Virus record (IMG/VR): IMGVR_UViG_3300012166_000001
Span: 1-52,213 of that record
Reading direction: 5' to 3' (one strand)
DNA length: 52,213 bases
DNA from: a virus
Lineage: Duplodnaviria > Caudoviricetes
Both the position numbers and the translations under genes were made by a program. This document shows positions 46,590 to 52,213 of the stretch, in pieces. The notes beneath the pieces are model-generated. The model was not told the DNA's origin and made no database searches. It worked only from the letters and a program-made list of their open reading frames with translations. How positions within the stretch are numbered: the first letter of the stretch is position 1; each line of letters starts with the position of its first letter.

Positions 46590-47311
46590 GCGTTAATCTC
46601 CAAACGTTTCGTCATACCATCGCTCGCAGGAATGGCATAGCTGCGGGTTCCTGCACCATCGGCGCCAGAACGCTAATCGCCTTCCACAATCGCGGCACCG
46701 TCTCATGCGTTGATCTTTCTATAACACCGTTTGCAGCGGCCATCGAACTGGCTTCTGTGCCGTGAACCGTGGCCACATTTCAGCGGTTTAGCTCGGCGAT
46801 TGTCGCGCTCGATACGGGTCGCCTTGTTCCGCTCGCGCTTGCCTCGCATTCGGTATCTCTGGCACTTAACTTTGTTGCGACCGACCTTGCGGCCCTTCTT
46901 ACCACCTTTGGATGTTTGCCCACCGGCCATTATAAATCTAACCCTTTCCTCTCGGCTCCACAAATTGAACACCTTCCATACACAGTCTTGGCGCGATAAC
47001 CGCAATGCGTACACCGTGGAGCCTCAGGCGTCTCGCATTGAGGGCAACCCGGCAGGTGCATTCCATCCGGTAGCGGTGTAGCGTCCTCTCCTTCTTTCTG
47101 TGTTCCATACTCACCCCTTGGGCACACACATGTAGTCTGCATTATCTTACTTTTAGCTGATAGTAGACGGCGAGCGATGCGTGTACCTCTGCCAGAGCAA
47201 CCTGTTTAGGCATCTCTACCTTAAGCAGATCCTCGGCAGCTTGTGCGTGCTCAGCCGCCGCATTCCCGTAACTGAATTTCTTAACCTGCGAATCTTTAAT
47301 CATCTCACTCA

Positions 47312-47680
47312 TTATCTGTCTCCTTTGTATAGCCGTACTTTCATACCCGCTCTAGCTGCCCGTGTAACCATATCTCTAGTGCCCTTACTTTCCGACAGGT
47401 TAGAGTGGAAGGCGATTACGTCATCCGGGTCTAGCGACAGCATCGCCGCGTTGCGCCGTGGCCCGGCCGACTTACCTAATGTAGTCCACATAGCGTTAAC
47501 GATGGCGCAGTGGATGCCGAGAGAATAACAAACTTTCTCGGCTAATGTATCCGCCCCTCGGGCGCCGCCTGTTATGACGAGTAGATCATCTCCATGTGCG
47601 CGCTGGAGCTTAGAGAGGACTTGAACGAGTGCCGCACGGTCTCGCCACTCCCTATCCCCTGTGATTAGCACGCGGTGCAT
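47312..47680 (-). CDS. SLOG-family protein (DUF2493/YspA-like)
   Basis: RVLITGDR.W, GGARGAD, AGPRRN..ML, GT.DM. Confidence 0.85.
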   Translation of the reverse strand: MHRVLITGDREWRDRAALVQVLSKLQRAHGDDLLVITGGARGADTLAEKVCYSLGIHCAIVNAMWTTLGKSAGPRRNAAMLSLDPDDVIAFHSNLSESKGTRDMVTRAARAGMKVRLYKGDR

Positions 47681-47834
47681 TATCTCCTCCTCCTTCGGTA
47701 GATCCGTTTGCGTCGGCGCTCATTGAGTCTGTGCATCCGATACAGGGAGGGGAAGTCTCTGATCGTAGCCACAGCGTGCTCGCCCATCATTAGATTGTCG
47801 CCATGCCAGTAGTAAGGGTTAGTCCGTTCCATAG

Positions 47835-48500
47835 TTAGTCCTCCTCTGGGTACAGGATTGCCAACTCTTCCGGGTAGCCGAGTCTGGTCAGCATCCGGTC
47901 TACCTCTTCCAGTGTGAGTTTGCGGATAACGTCATTGCTCTCAGTCTTACGCTGCATGACCCGACGCAACGCCTTGTCGGCAAGCCCGCTCGACCGCACA
48001 ACTCTGGAAAATCCTCTGCGCTCGACCAGATCGTTTAGCCACCGCGACAGCGGCATTATGGGCAGGTAGGTGATTGTCCCGTTCTGAGGCAGCGCGCGTC
48101 TCTTGAACCTGCGCCGTCTGACTCCATCGCGCCGCCTTCTGCCATCCGCCTTTATGCGTTCATACTCGCGTCGGTTATCTCGTTGGGCCTGAGTCATTCT
48201 CTTCATTCTCTGTCTGCGGTAGGTGTTATTAATCCGGCGTTCGCGCTCATTGCGTCGTCTGTAGCCGGTTCTCGATGGTTGGCGCTGGCTGTTCCTGTGC
48301 TTCGCCCTACTCCGTAGGCGCTGGCAGGTCTCACAGTGCGATTGCAGCCGCTTAGGTTTGCCATCTGCCCACTCATGCACGTGAAAGTAACTAACAGGCA
48401 GCCACCTTTGCCCTCTGTGAAACTTAGACGTGCATAACTTTCGTCCGCAAATGACGGGGTTAGTCGCCGCAAATCGGCCTTTAGCATTGTGTCTGGTCAT
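47835..48500 (-). CDS. basic zinc-finger/HTH-like hypothetical protein
   Basis: N-terminal Cys motifs, Arg-rich middle, helical C-terminus. Confidence 0.5.
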   Translation of the reverse strand: MTRHNAKGRFAATNPVICGRKLCTSKFHRGQRWLPVSYFHVHEWADGKPKRLQSHCETCQRLRSRAKHRNSQRQPSRTGYRRRNERERRINNTYRRQRMKRMTQAQRDNRREYERIKADGRRRRDGVRRRRFKRRALPQNGTITYLPIMPLSRWLNDLVERRGFSRVVRSSGLADKALRRVMQRKTESNDVIRKLTLEEVDRMLTRLGYPEELAILYPEED

Positions 48501-48608
48501 ATTTAAGTCGTGCGCGCTTAGATTTCATCAGCCAGTTGATTTTTGAAACTCATAGGGGCCGGGCCTTTTCAACGGCCCTCTCCGGTAGTTGTGAAATTTT
48601 ATTCAATA

Positions 48609-48703
48609 GGGTATTTCTAAAATTGCTTTTCGTTCGTGCCTGTAAAGGGCGATTTCGTGCCTGGCGAAAACCCAATTTTAGAAATACCCCTTCTATATAT
48701 AGA
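48609..48703. repeat. AT-rich inverted and direct repeat element (candidate origin)
   Basis: 17-bp perfect IR GGGTATTTCTAAAATTG (48609-48625 / 48673-48689) enclosing 2x TTCGTGCCTG; palindrome TCTATATATAGA at 48692-48703. Confidence 0.7.
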
Positions 48704-48752
48704 TATGGATACTGTTTTTCTACTATCTGAGCCCGCCATGTTGGGGCGGTGC

Positions 48753-50795
48753 TCATCTCATCGCTTTCTTCGTTATCAGACGCGGACGGCCTCTCTTACC
48801 GCTACGCCTTTTGACTAGCTTGTAGCCGTGGTCAGTAATCATTGCCTTAAGCGGCTTAGCGGACTGGAAGCCCATTGCCTTACGCAGATCGGTTATCGAC
48901 CACTCATCGCGATCTGCTAGTAGCTGTTCAAGTTTCATGTGGTGCTCTGCGCGGTCGGCCTTAGCCTGGAAGATCTCGACCTCGTAAACCAAGTCCTCAT
49001 CGGTGCCAAGGTTAAAGTGACAGCGGATAGCTCCCTGGGGCGCATGGCCGCGATGGTCGGGGAGCAGGCGCACTGAGAATTGATCGTCGCCTCTCTCGAC
49101 ATAGACGGCGCTCTCAAACCAACGATGGAATACTCCGGTGCCCGACATGCGAGCGGCGCCGTAGATCGGATTCATCGTGTTCTGCTTCTTGTAATGGTGA
49201 ATGATAAGAACGCCCACGTCATAGTTCTGCTTCAATTCGAGTAGGTGTTTAAGGACAGGCGTAACTTGGACCTGCGCGTTCTCATCGACGCCCGGCGTCA
49301 TAAGGTAGAAGGGATCGAGGACGATCAAGGCCGGATCGTATTTCTCGCACTGGTCGGCCAACCATTCGAGTCTGTCAGGATCGGTAAGGTCGAAACCGAT
49401 GTTGTTATAGATGTGCATGGGCAGGTGTTTATGTTCGGGGATTATTACCTCGTCGCGCTTTGCATCGTAGGTGGCAACGTCGCCAAGCAGGCCACGCGAA
49501 GAGGCGATCCGCATGAAGCGATCCTGTACCTCGCCCTCGTCATTCTCTTCCTGAATGTAGATGACGTGCCCTGTACGTGGGATCTGGAAGTGGTCGAGGA
49601 AGGGAGTGCCTGAGGCAATCGAGACCGCAAGGTCGCTGGCGATAAAGGACTTAAAGGTCTTCGCCTCTCCGGCCAGAACACCATGTGCCCGGTCTGACCA
49701 AATTGACTCGACCAACCATGAGGGCTTTCTTAAACGCTTGTTTAAGAAGTTATCGTAAGTAGCCTCATCCTCAGTAGATTTCTGTTTGGTCGGCTTCGAC
49801 TTCGATGATGCCTTCCGTTTCTTCGCGGTAGAGGATGAGGATTTTCCCTTGCCACCAGTAGACGCCCGGCGAGGTTGGGCGGTACCCGGCAAGCGGGACT
49901 TGGATCTCTTGGCCTTCGATCCAGCGTTCGAAGTCTTCCCATTTAAGTTTGCGGCCTTGTTTATCTCTGCCCATAGTTGCGATACCTCCCGATTTTGTCC
50001 TTTGTACTTATTCCACACCGTCTTACGTACAACAGCTAATGTCTCCTCAGGTGAGAGCCCTTCCTTAAGAAGTAGGTTCTCCAGTTGCCAAAGGCGTTCG
50101 CTGCGATCTCCGCGTGCGACTCTTGCCTTATAGAGTTTGCGGATGCGGGCACTAACTCTGTGGTTGCGAAGGATCTGCGCCGGGGGCGTCTTCGGGATTC
50201 GCAGGTCTCTCAACGCAACCTGACTGGTTCTGGGTACATCGACAACATGAGTTAGTCGAGCGATATATCTGGCTTCGTAGGTTATTTGAGAATCGAACCA
50301 GAGCAGGTTGACTCTGAATGGCTTAGCCCGCTTATGGGAGACGGTGCCGGGAACCCGTAGCACCTTGGTTAGAGACCAACCGCCTTTATCGGCTTCGGTG
50401 AAGTAGGTAACTCGTTGGTTGAGCGCGCCGAGCACTTCCGGGGGGAGGGGGCGTCTTAACAACCACATTGCCTGGTAGCGACCGGGGGAGGTCTCCCAAG
50501 CTACCGTAGGTCTAAGGTCGGGTAGGTCGCTAGGGTTAATCTCGTCAAGGTCGGCATAGAGCCAGCGACCGGGGAGGGCATAAGCCTTGCGCCGGAAAGG
50601 CTCTGTGAAAAGGCCGGGTGTGAAGTAGAGGTTTTCCCCTTCGTTGGGGAGCGGTCTATTGAAGGTGGCGGTATGTTCGATAACCCGGCGTCGGTTATCG
50701 TGCCATCCCTCTTCCTCGTCTCTCCATGCAAGAAAAGCGAAGCCGTCAATACGTTGTAGGCGCCATACGCGCCGGAGAAACTTCTTGGGGTCCAT
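48753..50795 (-). CDS. RepB-like (AEP) primase fused to AAA_25/RecA-like helicase
   Basis: LYADLD, ETSPGRYQ..W, LRVPGT; GEAKTFKS, LIVLDP, IIHH. Confidence 0.88.
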   Translation of the reverse strand: MDPKKFLRRVWRLQRIDGFAFLAWRDEEEGWHDNRRRVIEHTATFNRPLPNEGENLYFTPGLFTEPFRRKAYALPGRWLYADLDEINPSDLPDLRPTVAWETSPGRYQAMWLLRRPLPPEVLGALNQRVTYFTEADKGGWSLTKVLRVPGTVSHKRAKPFRVNLLWFDSQITYEARYIARLTHVVDVPRTSQVALRDLRIPKTPPAQILRNHRVSARIRKLYKARVARGDRSERLWQLENLLLKEGLSPEETLAVVRKTVWNKYKGQNREVSQLWAEINKAANLNGKTSNAGSKAKRSKSRLPGTAQPRRASTGGKGKSSSSTAKKRKASSKSKPTKQKSTEDEATYDNFLNKRLRKPSWLVESIWSDRAHGVLAGEAKTFKSFIASDLAVSIASGTPFLDHFQIPRTGHVIYIQEENDEGEVQDRFMRIASSRGLLGDVATYDAKRDEVIIPEHKHLPMHIYNNIGFDLTDPDRLEWLADQCEKYDPALIVLDPFYLMTPGVDENAQVQVTPVLKHLLELKQNYDVGVLIIHHYKKQNTMNPIYGAARMSGTGVFHRWFESAVYVERGDDQFSVRLLPDHRGHAPQGAIRCHFNLGTDEDLVYEVEIFQAKADRAEHHMKLEQLLADRDEWSITDLRKAMGFQSAKPLKAMITDHGYKLVKRRSGKRGRPRLITKKAMR

Positions 50796-50918
50796 ACTCC
50801 CTCGTTAACTAACAGTGTAGGGAACGGTGCAGGGTCGGGTCGAGGGCGCAGTATAGCGATTTTTGAAACAGGCCGCAAGGTGGTTGCGGACGGCGGGCGA
50901 AGCTGCTAAGGTGCTTGC

Positions 50919-51064
50919 CGTTCGATGCGCTGTCGCGCTTCCCTGTGGGAGCCATCGACTAGCCAAGGTGCGGTCCCTTAACTCCGGAGCCGGAAAAAAT
51001 CAGATCCCGAGTCCCCTGCCTTCGGGGTCGATGAGGGGTAAGGGACCGCACCGCTTAGCTTAGT
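50919..51064 (+). other. structured non-coding element (RNA leader, sRNA or ssDNA hairpin)
   Basis: 14-bp perfect IR at 50967-50980 / 51039-51052; three-way junction at 50922-50958; follows TGCTAAGGT at 50904-50912. Confidence 0.5.
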
Positions 51065-51083
51065 TTGGAAGGGGTACGCGAGG

Positions 51084-51509
51084 GTGGATGCCGAGATACT
51101 GAGAAAGCTTCAAAAGCCCTCAGTGGCATCCCCCTTGCTTAACAACCTGATGAGGGATGTGCTGTGCAAGCTGGAGTTGATTAGCGAGGTACGCGCCGCC
51201 CGGTTAGAGAGCGAAACCGCACGGCTTAAGTCGGGGTCCGTGCCACCGCAAGGAAGCGGCTTAAGGGTAGCGGAGGTAATGGTCTCCAGGTATGACAACT
51301 GCGAGAGCAATTGGGAGCGCCTGCTTGTCGTCAAACAAGCGCAGCGGATCTATCGAGAGAGCAGGGAGGGTCAGAATCCCGCTAGGCGAAGGGGTACGCG
51401 CGAGTGGAGGGACGCTATAGCTAACGATACACGCGCGAGCGCGTTAGTAGGGAGAGACTACGGGATCAGCGCAAGCTACGTAAGGAAGATCCGCAACAGA
51501 GAGGGGTAA
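51084..51509 (+). CDS. HTH protein, candidate late-gene regulator
   Basis: C-terminal VGRDYGISASYVRKIR HTH; directly upstream of the late promoter/terminator and terS. Confidence 0.5.
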   Translation: MDAEILRKLQKPSVASPLLNNLMRDVLCKLELISEVRAARLESETARLKSGSVPPQGSGLRVAEVMVSRYDNCESNWERLLVVKQAQRIYRESREGQNPARRRGTREWRDAIANDTRASALVGRDYGISASYVRKIRNREG

Positions 51510-51554
51510 GAGCGTGCTACTGTGCTGACCGTCAAAAGTCAGGATGCAGTGCTT

Positions 51555-51573
51555 GGCCCTAAGGGGCCTTTTT
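51555..51573 (+). terminator. intrinsic terminator just after a promoter-like site
   Basis: GGCCC-TAAG-GGGCC-TTTTT; TGCTACTGT at 51515-51523. Confidence 0.6.
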
Positions 51574-51665
51574 AATACCCACAGTTAGTTAACTAACAGT
51601 GCAGCAACAGGAAGTTAATTAAGGCAGTAGCAGGCACGCGCGGACGTTCCGCTTTCACTGTACCG

Positions 51666-51785
51666 GTGTTAGTACGCGTGTTGGTGTGGTGTTAGTAACG
51701 TAACGGTGTTGGTACCGTGTTAGTGTGGTAACGTGTTGGTAGGGTAACAGTAAGGTAACGGTGTTAGTAACGTAAGGGTGTTAGT
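51666..51785 (+). repeat. 8x GTGTTRGT array upstream of terS
   Basis: Copies start at 51666, 51678, 51689, 51706, 51717, 51733, 51761 and 51778. Confidence 0.8.
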
Positions 51786-51791
51786 AAGGTA

Positions 51792-52213
51792 ATGAGACCA
51801 AGAGGCATAACCAAAGGCAAGCGTGGTGGAGCAAGGATGAAAACCAAAACTCTGCCTAACGGCGGTATGTCGAAGCAGCGTGGACCCTCTAAGCGATTGC
51901 CTGGCCAGACTCGCAAGCTCTCAGCGACTAAGACGATCCCTCAGCGCAGACTGTCCAGAATGGGAGTCAAGGGCAAGAGACGCAGACAGAGGCTGTACCG
52001 GGATGCTATGGCGCTCACAGGACTGTCGGCTGAGGAAATGCGTAACGTCGATCCGGTCGAGGCGATGCAACACGTACTCGATACATCCTTCGCACACTTA
52101 CTCTTCGCCGGTACGAAGGTAAGCGAGCTACCTGAGGATGAGTTATGGCGGGGGTTCGGTCAGCATAAGACACCTAACGAGTGGATCAATTACGAGTCAC
52201 ACCTGAGGCGAGA
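51792..52213 (+). CDS. terS: terminase small subunit (3'-truncated by window edge), absent from the ORF track
   Basis: Manual translation MRPRGITKGKRGG...VDPVEAMQHVLD...KVSELPEDELWRG...PNEWINYESHLRR is open to the end; DP.EA...V.EL..DELW....PN.W pattern of actinophage TerS. Confidence 0.65.
   Translation, partial: MRPRGITKGKRGGARMKTKTLPNGGMSKQRGPSKRLPGQTRKLSATKTIPQRRLSRMGVKGKRRRQRLYRDAMALTGLSAEEMRNVDPVEAMQHVLDTSFAHLLFAGTKVSELPEDELWRGFGQHKTPNEWINYESHLRR

Noticed and set aside
51880-52122. 80-aa ORF from the track
   Set aside because: It lies out of frame within the longer TerS-like frame that starts at 51792.

Overview
This window is most of a tailed dsDNA phage genome with a contractile, Mu/P2-type tail. 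The ends do not overlap, and the putative small terminase gene runs off the right edge. The host is probably an actinobacterium of the Thermoleophilia/Solirubrobacterales type. That is inferred from an actinobacterial IHF homologue, an Rpf-like transglycosylase, the NlpC/P60 style and a coiled-coil/winged-helix protein. Layout: (+) 1-27651 is the late operon, with small accessory genes, TerL, a displaced tail fibre and lysis genes, portal, protease/scaffold, capsid, neck, sheath, tube, frameshifted chaperone, tape measure and baseplate. (-) 27760-38685 holds the replication and recombination genes: IHF-like, VRR-NUC, SSB, AAA recombinase, Cas4-like nuclease, UDG-PolA fusion, stand-alone RNR TSCPD domain, kinase, SNF2 helicase, DEDDh exonuclease and HNH. 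(+) 38826-44754 holds small early genes, a secreted Rpf-like enzyme and a large structured non-coding region. (-) 44755-50795 holds tRNA-Val, a wHTH protein, a SLOG protein, a putative origin and a primase-helicase. (+) 50900-52213 holds a structured element, an HTH regulator, a repeat array and TerS. No integrase is visible. The strongest leads are a promoter-driven ~430-530 nt structured RNA with a tRNA-like domain, two DUF6527-like Ser/His proteins (possible anti-ubiquitination deconjugases), stand-alone interaction domains resembling host enzymes (CysRS C-terminus, E3-binding, TSCPD) and a tRNA-Val with C33. All family assignments are by-eye motif recognition; no database searches were run.
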